Of a stretch of DNA of 64,000 bases, positions 42,672 through 56,299 are shown one piece after another; positions within the stretch are counted from its first letter, which is position 1, and each line of letters begins with the position of its first letter. Origin of the DNA: Eledone cirrhosa (taxonomy: Eukaryota). A program made the position numbers and the translations under genes. Where the stretch lies: positions 49,538,001 through 49,602,000 of the forward strand of contig OZ024750.1 in the NCBI GenBank assembly GCA_964016885.1, written 5' to 3'. Under the pieces are notes generated by a model that made no database searches, was not told where the DNA came from, and worked only from the letters and a program-made list of their open reading frames with translations.

Positions 42672-43377
42672 TCTATATTGAACTAGAGTAAACCACAACG
42701 ACGTCACATTTTGTATATGAGTGTGTATGTGTCTGTGAGTGTGCGTGTGTGTGTGCGAGTTCGTTATGTACGTTAGGCCTCATATAATTAAACACAAACA
42801 CACACATCTACTAATACAGATGCATGTGTGATGACAAACAGGTGTGCGTGAATGTATGTCTGTGTCTGTCTTAGTATATGTATGTGAGAGTATATGTGTG
42901 TAAGAGTGTATGTATGATTGTATGTGTGATACTTTTTGTTTTCATTTGTATTAAACCAATAGAATACAACACAACGACGTCACATTTTGTATATGAATAT
43001 GTATGTGTATGTGAGTGTATGAGTGCGTGTTCATTAGGTACGTTGTTAAATACACTCACATCTACACATACATATATATATATAGCGACTACATTAAAAA
43101 TGAGGTGAACAGTTATGCGTGTATTTGCGTGAATGTATGTTTGTTTGTCTCTGTCTTAGTATATGTATGTGAGGGTGTATGTGTGTGAGTGTGTAGTAAC
43201 AATACATTTACAGATTTTCATTTCTAAATTCTATTATCATTACAATTTTGATATTTTAAAAATAAAATATAGATATTTTGAAATAATTATGCGAAAATAG
43301 ACATATCTTCATATTTATTGTTTACTAATCTGAATAAGGACAGAAGTAACTCGGGCAACGCCGGGAAATTCACCTAG
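42672..43377 (+). mobile_element. Non-autonomous Helitron-like element with internal ~275-bp duplication
   Basis: 3' end CGGGCAACGCCGGG..CTAG|T at 43352-43377 resembles the 20510 end. ACAACGACGTCACATTTTGTATATGA occurs at about 42695 and 42971. The 5' end is tentative. Confidence 0.55.
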
Positions 43378-43795
43378 TATTATATATATAAACAAGTCGC
43401 AAAGATCAACAAAGGTAAAAATACCCGTCAAAATACATTTATATTTCACAGCGATACTTACCAAAGGAAATATGCATTTACCCTCTAACCCTAATACTGA
43501 GAGCACCGAGTTCCATCTTTATATATTTAAAAGCAGCTTTAATGCTGGTTGTTGGTGGTTTGATCTATTTGTCTCCAATGCATATATGTCTTTTGCATGT
43601 TTAGGAAACTTAGATGTTGTGGTAAAATACCAATTAAACAGACTGTCATGTGCACTGAAATATACGAAATGTGTTTAAATCTAGAGTGTAGAGGTATTTA
43701 TGTCCGTCTAGTTCGTTTTTATATACATATCAATACATACACATATACGCGCAATCATATATAAAAAATATATATATGTACACACACACAGATTA

Positions 43796-43868
<73 letters not shown>

Positions 43869-43921
43869 CATATATACATGTATATATACATATATATCTA
43901 AACATATATATATATGTATAT

Positions 43922-43978
<57 letters not shown>

Positions 43979-45277
43979 AACATATATATATAGATGTTTT
44001 ATATATAACTGAGTGTGTGTATGTAATCGCACTGATATATTGATTATTATATTATTTTAGAGGCCCTCTCATTGAAGTAACTCCTCACGTATATAATTGG
44101 ATAAAGATTAGAACTTCTGCCTGCTGTGACGAGTGGGTTGCTTCAAAGCATCCAATATGTGATTTGTTGTGATTAGTTAAGATGTAACGATGAAAATTTG
44201 TTTACGGTTGAAAGAAAATTTGATCAAAACTGAAAAAAACGTTTACGCAAGCGTTTGATGTTGGAGTGTAAGCATTATGTGTAAGCTGCAGATACTTAGA
44301 TCTATAACGACGTCTGAAGGAGAAGTTAGTGAAGAAATGGTTGTTGAAAGAATTTGTGTTTGAAGAAAATTTGATTTGAAGTAACTGAGTGATAATCAGT
44401 GTTCAAAACTCCGAGTAATGTTATTGATTTTATCAATCATTCTAAACACGAAAATTAGAAAAATGAAGATTGGTAAACACGCCCTAAGGAAATATATTTA
44501 GATTTATCATCAGAACTGGGGTTCGAGTAATATCAAATACTGTAACTCTTCGATTCTTTGCAGTAATTATATTTTGCATAAATTATGTTGTTTATATTCT
44601 TGTTGTTGGACCTCTAAAATGTCTACCGATAACTGCTCTAGTTGGTTCAATCAACGTTAGTATCTTATTATGAAAATTAACTTGAAATTGACTAAGCATG
44701 AATGTAGTTATCGGGGAGATAGAGCATGATTTAATATTTGACAAATCGGCTTCTCGAATTAGAGGCACAACTCATTGTTTACTCGTTTGGTGGATTGGAG
44801 TAACATAGAATGATATCCCATACACAAGAACGCAACGCGTCATTGGTTCGGGAATCGAACTGAACATTGCAAGCTAAATAAGCTTACCGCTAATATACAT
44901 AACTGGTATATTCATATATCGTACATATTGAACGATTAAAGAGTGGTATACATATATATATATATATAGGAATGTATGTATAGTATATTTGGTAATATAC
45001 CGTATGTTTATTTAAAAACATTTAGAAGACCATACACTATCAGTTTTAAAATAGTGATTCTGTTACTTATTTCTTTTAGGTGAAAGAACGGAGGGAAATT
45101 GACAGTCTGTTTGATGCTGGGTGGCGTTCATCAGAGCTACGCACTCCCCTGCTTCGTATCATCTTACCCTCATAACTACGCATTGTTTATAATGCGCTGA
45201 AACATCCGTGATCCGTAGTAGATAACTGATGAATGGGAAATGTCTATCGCTTGTTTGTGTTTACAATATATATATTG

Positions 45278-46348
45278 AGAGTCAGTAGTTAAAAAGATGT
45301 TCTGCTTGAAAGAAGACAATGACAGGCAGCACTGGTTGGAAGTGTAATAGGTATAATTAAGAAGCACAAGCAAAAACATATCATAATCTAGAACATATAT
45401 TGGCAAAAAGTTATAAGCAAGGCAAATTGGTATACGATGAAGGAGTCAATACAATCAATAAGGCATGTATCAGGAGAGAGTTATAATGCAGTTGAAGTAC
45501 ACATATTTTGTGTGGGGTGTTAAAGCATGTTACAATTGTTATAAATGTTTAAGATAGTGTCCAATTTGTTAGAGAGGCATGTGGTGATAATGTAGGTATT
45601 TGTTATGTAAGGTGTAATGCAAAGCACATGATAGAGTTGGGTATGTGATTTTCTTATAATTGTTATCTATTTACATTTAACAAACAAACACCTATTGACT
45701 ATATATGACTTAAAATTATCCCATCGTTAATAACTGTGCGTAAAAAACAACATACACACATACATACGAACTACAACATAAATACACTTAAATGAAAATC
45801 ACATGCCCAACTCTATCATGTGATTTGCATTACACCTTACATAACAAATACCTACATTATCACCACATGCCTCTATAACAAATTGCACACTATCATAAAC
45901 ATTTATAACAATTATAACATGCATTAACACCCCACACAACATATGTGTACTTCAACTGCATTATAACTCTCTCCTGATACATGCCTTATTGATTTTATTG
46001 ATTCCTTCATTGTACACCAATTTGACTTGCTTATAACTTTTTTGCCTGTGTTTTTTCGAACTTACGATATTTTTTTGCTTGAGCTTTTTAATTATACCTA
46101 TTACACTTCCAACCAGTGCTGCCTGTAAGTTTGTTCTTTCAAGCAGAACAACTTTTTAACTCCTGACTCTATACATGAAGCCTTTGACACTAATAACAAT
46201 TATGTACCCTAAATGTTCTAAATGTCGAGGATTATAGCTACATGTTTCGACATTCCTTATGCTCCGATGATTCCAGACTTCCCACTGGAAGAAACAATTG
46301 TCAGCTAATAAATGTTCTAAACTAAAATTTGATCATTTGAACACTTTG

Positions 46349-46350
<2 letters not shown>
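45278..46350. mobile_element. Fold-back element with ~375-bp diverged inverted arms and a hammerhead in the tail
   Basis: 45278-45653 is inverted at 45794-46170. The tail to the (TA)n at 46352 contains the HHR. Confidence 0.8.
46261..46305 (+). ncRNA. Minimal type I hammerhead (U4C variant)
   Basis: GCT-CCGATGA-TTCCAG(acttccca)CTGGAA-GAA-ACAATTGT-C-AGC, with palindromic stem III and a GUC triplet. Confidence 0.7.
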
Positions 46351-46401
<51 letters not shown>

Positions 46402-46568
46402 ATAGAGAAATTAATGTGAGTAAGAAACCAACAGTATATCATAATTTATATGTGACTATAACGTCAATATGAAAAATATTTAACGTAAGATATGGGAAAA
46501 TAATATATTTAACTATTACACACACACACACATATATATATGCAAAAGTTCTATTTAAAGTTGTTGGG

Positions 46569-46624
<56 letters not shown>

Positions 46625-46679
46625 CAATTTAGTAGTCAAATAAAATGATTAAGCTCTAAGAAAATACTTCTGAGCATTA

Positions 46680-47024
46680 CAGTACAATTTAAAAAAATAT
46701 GATCAACACTGATGTGTTTTTTTTGCAAAATGACAATATTTTTTTAGCCAGATAGAAATACCTTAATTCAAGTACATATAGTCCGCCTGTATCGATCTAC
46801 AAAATATTAAATATTAAATCTATACTTACAGACGTAAAATGGCAACTGCCTGGTGCCTAGACAAGTTTAAATTTCAAAATTCAAACCTTTTCAGCAGATC
46901 GGTCAGAACTTCAAAACATAAACGGAACTTCAAAACATAAACATAAAAAAAAAATTAAAAAAAATTATTGTCATTTTGTAAAAAAAACACATTAGTGTTG
47001 ATCATATTTTTTTAGATTGTACTA
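46680..47024. mobile_element. Tc1/mariner-type MITE
   Basis: ~65-bp terminal inverted repeats begin CAGTACAAT, with TA on both sides. Confidence 0.75.
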
Positions 47025-47153
47025 TATATATATAGAAAAGGTAAACATAAATAACAATACAATGAGTACAGTATATGGAAGGTTAACACTTGATATAGCA
47101 GGAAGATATATATATATATATATAAAGAGAGAGAGAGAGAGAGAGAGAGCGAG

Positions 47154-47217
<64 letters not shown>

Positions 47218-48249
47218 TGTACTAAGACAAACTAGGCAAGAAGAGGAGATTCCGTTATTCGGTTCCCTAACACTGTTCTGTTACAACGCAATCCGAAACC
47301 GCTTTCTATCAATAAATATATTCAAGAGCTATTTATATCACCAACTTCAATTTTTATTAATAATTCGTATTACATAATGTTATTATATAAATTTCTATAT
47401 AATAACATAAATAATTCATACCCGTCTAACGTTTCACCTTATTATTGTATTATTTTTATTATTTTATGCCATTTTCTAATGTCTTCACTTTAAATATGTG
47501 TCATTTGAATCATTCATCAACCGATTGTTCCCCTTCTCTTCACCGGATTAATTCTGTCATTTAAAATTCCTAGCGAATTATACTTTTCTATCTATCAAAC
47601 GAGTTGTTCAGTGTATCTAGTGAAAAATCGACGACAAAGATTGTGATTGCCTACGAAAGCAGTCAAGCGAAGAGATAGGATTCTTCGCATCCTAAGAGCG
47701 CTAAAAACATTTGACATTGACATATTGATCTTTCGAGAGAAATCGAAGCAAACTTACACGTGAATTGTGTAGTGGAGTGTTTATTTGGTAGACTCTTAAA
47801 TACAACTTATTTGATATAAAGACAACCTAAAAATTGCTGATATAAAATCTGAAACTGGATCGTAATATTATGGGTCTGGTATCAAAACATTTTCTGTAGG
47901 AATATGCTTATATATTGATACGTTGATTATTTATATTCTTTACACTCGGTTATCTGCTAATGTTAGTGTTCAAAGACACTTCAAACTTCACAGACATAGA
48001 TATAACAGAAATACATACCAGATTTCGTATGAGTTTTTCTGGAACTATATTCATAATTGCTATGATGAATATGATACGTCTCTTATATATTGAACGCAGA
48101 AATACTCGCACGTATATATAAATATATATATATATATATAGATATGTATGTGTGTGAGTGTGTGTGTGTGAGTGTATGTGTGTGTGTTTGTGTGTGTGTA
48201 TCTGTGTGTGTGTGTATTGATATATATATATATATGTATGAATAAACAT

Positions 48250-48395
48250 TTAATATAGAAATGGATTCTACAGGACAAGAACTGTTTTATGCGTAAGAAA
48301 TCATCAGGAAATCCCTGCATATATTAAAACGTGTATATACTTTACTAATATATTGATTACTTCACTTACAGTGGGTACTCCCGTTTGAACCCGTA
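48250..48395. mobile_element. Fragment of the 16901 fold-back family with a decayed minus-strand HHR
   Basis: 48264-48314 on the minus strand reads GGATTTCCTGATGATTTCTTACGCATAAAACAGTTCTTGTCCTGTAGAATCC. The tail 48320-48393 resembles 17630-17700. Confidence 0.65.
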
Positions 48396-48711
48396 TCCCC
48401 CCCCCTATATATATATATATATATTTTTTTTTTCAATCACATTTTTCAATCACGTTTCTCAATCACATTTTTCTATATGTCTGACCCGAATTACTTGGTC
48501 GTTTCTGTGGCAGTGCGGATGACGGTTTAACCATCGTCTCAGTGTGTTTGGCCTTTAACGTATGTTGTTTCTCTGGTTCGTCAGAATTATTGAGCGCTTG
48601 CCACACATCTCGGAAGTTGTTTTTCGCTAATTCCAAAGCCGAAATACGATTTTCGCTAATTTATATTTATATATATATATATACATATATATATACATAT
48701 ACACAATAAAA

Positions 48712-49580
48712 TGAAATACACAGATACATGCGAATACATACATATACATGCATATACACACATGTATCCCTGAATTTGTGTGGTGCCAAACTTAACCGGT
48801 CTTGCTCCATTATTAATAGGAACCAAAATAATCTCAATGAATTAGTTCGACTCAATATCAGAGCTATATAATATATCATATAGAAAGAAGAAACATTAGA
48901 CATAAATAAACAAATATATATATACCCAATATTCTTTGACATCCTCGACTGCGCAGTTTCGTGGCTACTTTGCAAAAACATTACATCATAGAGATGCAGT
49001 ATTTATGTAAGGTCTGCCAACTTATCAAGAGAATACCTCTTTTAAATTTCAAAACACGTCCGCAAGGCGTGAGAGAGAATCCCGGAAAGGCGGAAGGGGA
49101 ACCTATCACGTGGTACAGTGGTCAAGATACAGAGTTAAGCCTCTTACAACCAAGAGAAAAAATACCACAAATGGCGAGGTGGGTAAGGAGGGCTAGAAGT
49201 GTAAATAGTGTAAGCTTGACAGCATTCACTATACTTCTGTGGTTACTCTACAGTAGGGAATTATAGACAATAAAAAGAAATACACAGATACATGCGAATA
49301 CATACATATACATGCATATACACACATATATCCCTGGATTTGTGTGGTGCCAACCTTAACCGTTGTTGCTCTATGATTAATAGGGACAAAATAATCCGAA
49401 TGAATTACATTGACTCAATTTCAGAGCTATATAATATATATCACAAAATTACTGCATCTCTATGATGTAATGTTTTTGCATAGTAGCCACGAAACTCCGT
49501 AGTCGAGGATGTCAAAGAATATTGGGTATATATACTTTTTTTATTTGTGTCTAATGTTTCTTCTTTCTTTATAATGTATT
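48712..49580. repeat. Composite direct + inverted repeat, pLTR-like
   Basis: 48712-48878 is directly repeated at 49277-49442. 48880-49003 is inverted at 49448-49572 and contains GAAACTGCGCAGTC (HHR stem III-like). Confidence 0.8.
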
Positions 49581-50272
49581 ATATATATATATGCAGCAAC
49601 GATTTAATTTCAAATATATGTATATACCATATTGAAGGACATTTATTCTAGTTAATAGAATATCATTTTATTTTTACTATAAGAAAATAAGAGTGATAAT
49701 GTCAAATATTGCATGACTGGATTATTACATTATAATTGAAGAATGTCAATATGTGTGTGGTTGTGTTGTGTGTGGCTTTGTGTATGAGTGCATGCCTCTC
49801 GCTGCCTCCTTCTTTTTCAAATGCATATCACATTAAATGTCATCATATTATGTCATTCACTTCGTCGAAACATACGGGGAAATTATTATTGGTAACAGAA
49901 AAAACCTTTGCGTGAACTCTAAACGGAATTCAGGCTTTGTATAAGCCAATATTAAGAGAATCTAATATTCTAAAAAAGGAAAATTAGCGTAATCAAAATA
50001 TCCTAAATTTGGAAATAATTAAATATTAGAGACGGTTCCATTCACCCAATAAATTAATTTCCAAGGATAACATTCAATGATGAACTAATAATATGTATGA
50101 ACAGAAACAGAAACCCAATATCGCATACTCAACGAAAGCAGATGCGAAAGTAGATGTGAACATCAGTATAAATAGGTTAAAGGAAGTCATATATCAAGCA
50201 GGCGCGGTATTTACAATGCCGTATACCTCAGATCTACTGATATACAAATTTAAAAACCAAAGTATATATATT

Positions 50273-50456
50273 TGTTTCTACTTTTGGCACAAGGCCAGCA
50301 ATTACCCAGTGTATTACTGGTACTTTATTTTATCGATCCCGTAAGGATGAAAGGCAAAGTTAACCTCGGCAGAATTTGAACTCAGAATGGCAAGGGCCGT
50401 AACTCTATGCGTCAAAGCATGGCGTCCGACCCTCTACCGATACTCCCAATTCACCA
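50273..50456 (-). mobile_element. tRNA-SINE family B
   Basis: Full-length match to 38730. Confidence 0.82.
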
Positions 50457-51939
50457 AAGTATATATAATAAAAGACAAACTACTAGAAATATAGCAAGTA
50501 AAACAAATTCCGTCTTAATCCTTAAAAATAACAGTAAATATAAGACACAATTGAAATAAGTCAGTGAAATAATTAATATAACATATAGACCTAAAAGTAA
50601 AGAAGTATCCGGAAACAAGGAACCTCTACAGCAACTTATCCATGGTAAATCACGATTAACCTGTCGTTACGGTGACACTGTTCAAAACCCACAGAGATTA
50701 TCTTAGCCTTCCATCCTTAAGGGGTCGGTGAAAATAAAGTACCAGTAATACACTGGAATCGATTTAATCGACTGTCTAAATCAAAAATCATTATTAAGTG
50801 GTAAGTAATTCAAAGAACAGGAACAGATCTAGAATAATTCTGAGGTGTATGGACAAATATGAAATCACCACGTTTCGCCTTGTTCTAAACAACAATTATG
50901 GAAGGATCTATTAACACAAAATGTAAAACATTCGTTACATCAGCCAATAACTATATAAAGCAGGAAAAGATAAATTTTAAAATGTCTAATTGATTTATTG
51001 AACATGCTCTTACATAAAATCAGCAACCATATTTTACAACATATCTGTAAGAATAGAAATAATATTCGATCACGAAGATATAAACATATCTAAGTCTCCC
51101 CAAATAAAATAACAATATTTATTAACATATGTCTGTACATAAGCTGTATTTCTACAGCTTCCAAATTCTTAGAAGCTATAAATACAATAGCAAAAAAGTA
51201 ATTTCAAGAAGAGAAAGAATGATGTAAAAATTCACATATAGTTTTACAATCACTGATAACAAAACCAGAGTAGAATATTACATTCATAAAGAAGTTCTGT
51301 GCATGACAGAGATTGATTAATAGAAAGGTTTTTATCAGTTTGTACATACGGGGATAGAGGAAGAAGTAATAGCAGGTGGAAGTGTAGTATCAATACAATA
51401 TGATACATTAAACGTGTTATTAGTAAATACAAATTAGTAGAATCTGTTTTAGAGATGAACTATTCAGGGTTCCCTTTCTTGACACCCTGAATACGCGGTG
51501 GAAACTTTGTTGCACAACATGTTATTATGGGAGTTCAATAAACGATATTTTGTATACGCACGACCTTATGTTGGACACTATATTGTAAAATACAGGCAAT
51601 ATTCGTATAAATATACGCATTTTACTTAAAGTAGTTCTATGAAATTCGGACAAAATGCATCAAAATAAAAAGTACACGTATAATAGTATCAAAATAGAAC
51701 CTTACACAACCAATTCTGTGAATACATTGGTAAAAATATAAGAACGATGCAGAATAATGCTTTACAATCTGTATTTGTGGCTTCCTCACATGGCACATAT
51801 ACATTTTATTAACCGCAAATTGAACATGGATACATTCATCAGGTAACTACTTCGTACATTAAGAATGGAAACACTGGATACACTTCTCATATCATTAATA
51901 ATAATAACAATAATAATAATAACAATAATACATGTTTAT

Positions 51940-52650
51940 ATTTTGGCACAAGGCCAGCTATTACTCAATGCATTACTGGTACTTTATTTTATCGTCCTCG
52001 TAAGGATGAAAGGCAAAGTTAAGCTCGGCGGGATTTGAATTCACAATGGCATGGGCCGTAACACTTTGCGTCAAAGCATGGCGTCGGACCCTCTACCGAT
52101 ACTACCAATCCACCACATTTATAACAGTAATTGTTTCTACGTTAGGCACAAGGCCAGCAATTACCCAGTGCATTAATGGTACTTTATTTTATCGACCTTG
52201 TAAGGATGAAAGGCTAAGTCAACCTCGGCGGGATTTGAACTCAGATCGTAACGGGACGTAACTTTGCTGGAAAGCATGGCATCCGACTCTCTACCGATAC
52301 TGCCAATCTACCACATTTATAACAGTAATAATACAAATAATAATTGTTTCTACTGTAGGCACAAGGCCAACAATTACCCAGTACATTACTGGTATTTTAT
52401 TTTATCGACCCCGTAAGGGTGGAAGGCAAAGTTAATCTCGGCGGGATTTGAATAATACAACTAATAATGGCTTCTTATATAGGCACAAGGCCAGCAACTT
52501 TAGCGGAGGAGTATGTTGATTTAATCGACCCCGTAAGGATGAAAGGCAAAACTAACCTCGGCCAGATCCGAACTCAGAACGTAATTGGCCATAACTCTAT
52601 GTTCCAAATAATGCTGTTTGACGCTCTAGCGATTCTGTCAATCCACCGCT
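51940..52650 (-). mobile_element. Cluster of four head-to-tail tRNA-SINE family B copies
   Basis: GGCACAAGGCCA..CGTAAGGATGAAAGGC..CTCGGCGGGATTTGAA recurs at about 51945, 52145, 52358 and 52482. Confidence 0.85.
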
Positions 52651-52739
52651 TTTATAATGATAATAACAGTAATAATAATAATAATAATATTAATAATAAC
52701 AATAATAATAATAATAATAAGAAGAAGAAGAAGAATTGG

Positions 52740-53276
52740 TGGTAGAATCAACCACCTCCCATACTTGAAAAAGATCACATCTCAATCTTGTGGAACTTTA
52801 GCATCAAAACAGACCGAAACATAGATGCAAATAGACCTGATATAATACTGAAGGACTTTAAAAAGAGGGTATGCCTGCTACTTGATATGTCCGTTCCAAT
52901 AGACAAGAATGTATCTATAAAAACATTTGAAAAATTGAGCAAGTATAGAAATTGGAAAAATGTGGAAATTGAGAACTAAAACAATACCAGTGGTTGTAGG
53001 CGCTCTGGGAATGATACCTAAGGTGTCTAATGATTACTTATCGCAAATACCAGGAAACCCGCGTATAGGAGAAATACAAAAGATAGTACTAATGGGAACT
53101 GCCCATATACTAAGGAAGATTCTGTCAATATAAGTACATTACAAGTCTAAACACCTAAAGATGCATGTGTGAGTATGTATGTTCTGTCTTGAACATGGCG
53201 GACCTTCTTGTCTCTTGAGGTCACTGGTTGTGACTTGGTGATAACTCGTATGAACATAAAGCAAGATAAATGCATC

Positions 53277-53351
<75 letters not shown>
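52740..53351 (+). mobile_element. 3' fragment of an R4/Dong-type LINE, third family, between (TAA)n tracts
   Basis: LWNFSIKTDRNIDANRPDII..LLDMSVP.D.NV..K..EKLSKY, IPVVVGALG and IQKIVLMGTAHILRKILS. Tail at 53279-53351. Confidence 0.85.
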
Positions 53352-53353
<2 letters not shown>

Positions 53354-54700
53354 TTTCTTTATTAACCACAAGGGTTTACATAAAGTAGACATTAAGGACA
53401 GTGCAGGACAATGCAGGACGGTACAAATGGGCATTTCTGCGTGTAAAAAACAAAAACAGAGGATGTAACAAAAATAACAATGAAAATAACAATGAAAAAT
53501 TCCCCAATAGGGGAGAGACTTCGGAGGGACATTTGTGGTGAAAGCCCAGTAAAAAGCCACAATGACCCTGACCACCAAGGCAAGTGCCCTCTCCCAGTTT
53601 TCCACCTTTAATTTACAGATATATACTCAGAGTAGGCCCATTCACTCGGGCCATTCTTGCTTCTCTCACCCATCTTTCAACAAAATGCTGGGAAGAGAGC
53701 ACTTCCCTCTCTACTCTGATTTTCCTTTTCAAATGAAATTTGAAAAAGTCAATCAGAGCATCACCGAAGAGGTAAGTGCTCGTCTTCAGCCCTTTCAAAC
53801 GTGTCCACCATACTATCTCTTTCACCATGGCCACCAGGCAGATAAAAACTGCCTGCCCTTCCCGGCTAAAGGAGGAGGGCGGGGCAATCCTCACGATGGA
53901 CTCAGATGATAGCCGGATCCGTCCTAAACGCGACAGCAGGTATTCGACATAAACCCACAAGTCAGCAATTTTCGGACACTGGACGAGTGCGTGCAGGACG
54001 GTTTCGTCGCCCTGCGCGCATCTCGGACATGCCCAGCTGACGGCACCTCCATGCCTGTAGAGTTTATCCCGAACTGGCAAGGCTCCTCGGTAGCACTGCC
54101 AGGCCAGAGATTTCTGGAAGTTGTCCATAGGCCCTGGCCCGAAAGTTCTTCCGAAGAGATTGGCTAGTTGATTTTCGTCGACGCCTAGAGTTTCCCCAAG
54201 TACGTCATCGCTCTTCCCCTCCACTAATCCTCTATAGAACGCCGAGGTGGAGTTTCCACCGATCACATTGCCCGATTGGTCGAGGGCTGTGAGCGCCTGA
54301 AGACATTCCAGTCTCCAGGCGCTCCCTCTCGGTCTTCGCTTGACCCAGGACTGCAGCTCCGTCAAGGAAACGAGCTGGGGAAACACGCGCCTAGCAAACG
54401 GCGACCACACCTGATCACCGTCGAGGAAGAGGTGGAGATGTCGTAGCCTGAGCGCGTGCCTGCGCATCATCAGCCACGGCATGCCCAGCCCTCCACGTAG
54501 CGCGTCCCTTCCACAAAAAGCGAAAGAGCAAACGCTCCAGCGCAGTCAGGCGGGGCTTAGGACAAGGTACGACTGTCAGACGGTAGCAGATGACGGACGC
54601 GATGTACGCGTTAGCCACCTCCGCTCGACCTTTCAGGGATAGCTTCCTCTCCGCCCATTTCTGGGTGAGAGAAGCCACCCTGCTCGTCACCTCGTCCCAA
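53352..54700 (-). mobile_element. 5'-truncated L1/Tx1-clade LINE (RT C-terminus + zf-RVT), flanked by (TAA)n on both sides
   Basis: W..RKLSLKGRA.VAN.YIAS...Y, LF.FLWKG, GLGMP and ALPVRDKL...CPRCAQGDETVLHALVQC. AATAAA lies just before the (ATT)n. Confidence 0.88.
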
Positions 54701-54721
54701 TAATAATAATAATAATAATAA

Positions 54722-55717
54722 TGCAAATACGTGACCTATAGTAAGGAGCCAATGCTCAGAACTGTACTGAAGGAGGGGACAGTAGGCCAGGGGATGTCCA
54801 AGGAGGAAATAACATCAAGGAGGAAGAGCAGCCTTAAGGGAAAATCCCTTCATAGTACCTTCTTTGAGAAAACTGAATTTAGAGATCCACAGACATGGAA
54901 CTGGTTGAGAAGAGGAGACCTCAAAAAGGCTACAGAAGGAATGCTAATGGCTGCGCAGGAGCAGGCCCTCAAAACGAAGTGGTTGAAGCACCATATTTAC
55001 AAGGAGGAGGCTAGCCCACTGTGCAGGATCTGTGGAGATAGAGAGGAGACTGTGGCTCACATTGTGTCCGAGTGTAAATACCTAGCCCAGACCCACTATA
55101 AGGGCTGGAGACACGATGTGATGGGCAGGGTGATCCACTGGCACCTGTGCAAAGTAAACAATTTACCACATTCTGAGAAATGGTATGAGCATAGGCCAGA
55201 GGCGGTGATGGAGAACAATCAGGTGAAGGTGCTATGGGATTTTAGGATACAGACGGACAAAAAACTGGAACACAATAGACCTGACCTGGTGGTTGTGGAC
55301 AAAGAAAAAAGATCGTGTCTGATTGTGGATGTGGCCTGCCCTTTCGACACGAGAGTGCAAGAGAAGGAGAGGGAGAAAATTAACCGATACCAGGACCTAA
55401 AGTGGGAGATGAAAAGGATTTGGAACTGCCATGAAGTCAAAGTGATCCCGATTGTCATAGGCGCACTGGGGACTATCTCCAAAAGTTTCCAGGGATGGTT
55501 AAAGAAAATCGGCCCCTTCACGCTTTTTGGAACGCTTCAAAAGGCATGCTTGCTGGGAACAGCAAGAACCCTCCGATACGTCCTGAATATCTGAGGCTGC
55601 AGGTAGTGGCTTGATATTCCTTCCAACGGACTTTCCAGTTAACCAACATCAATGAGTGAGATTCAAGGAATAACAACAACAATAATAATAATAATATAAT
55701 AATAATAATAATAATAA
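54722..55717 (+). mobile_element. Young 3' fragment of the R4/Dong-type LINE (same family as 647-3972) with open frame
   Basis: ORF 54731-55594 is uninterrupted: TEGMLMAAQEQAL, CRICGDREETVAHIVSEC, RHD, RLE, LQKACLLGTARTLRYVL. (TAA)n lies on both sides. Confidence 0.92.
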
Positions 55718-56299
55718 AGGAGCGATGAAGGTATCAAAACATATAAATAGACTGGGTTAGTGACTCGATCAAACAGATGACAACAACAACAAAAACAACA
55801 CCAAAATAATGATGTACTTATATCTCTAAACTCTCTCAAAATGTTTAGTTTAAACAATGTCAAATCTAAACTATAACATAATAATAATAAGTGCTTCTGC
55901 TTTTGGCACGGGGCCAGCAATTGTCACTGTCTGTTGCAGGTGCTTTGTCGTGTCGGCCACGTAAGGATGAAAGGGAAAAACAATTATAGAAAAAATTATA
56001 GTCGAATAATTATAGAACAGAACAGAGACATAGGCAAACGCTATAATGGACACGAGATTCAAAACTTTTGAACACAACAACCCCTACTTCCCTTAGCAGC
56101 AGCAGCAGCAACAGCAATGCAGGTAACCAATGTTACTGGCCTTGTAAAACGAAAAACGCAAAAGAGAAAAACAAACAAAAAAGGGAGAAAGAAAAAGGAA
56201 AGAAAAGCTAAGTCAGACATTCAAACATTACTATGAAACATGTGTTTGTTTTTGGTGTTTTTTTTTGTTTAGGTTTCTATCTATTTGTTTGTTTGTTAA

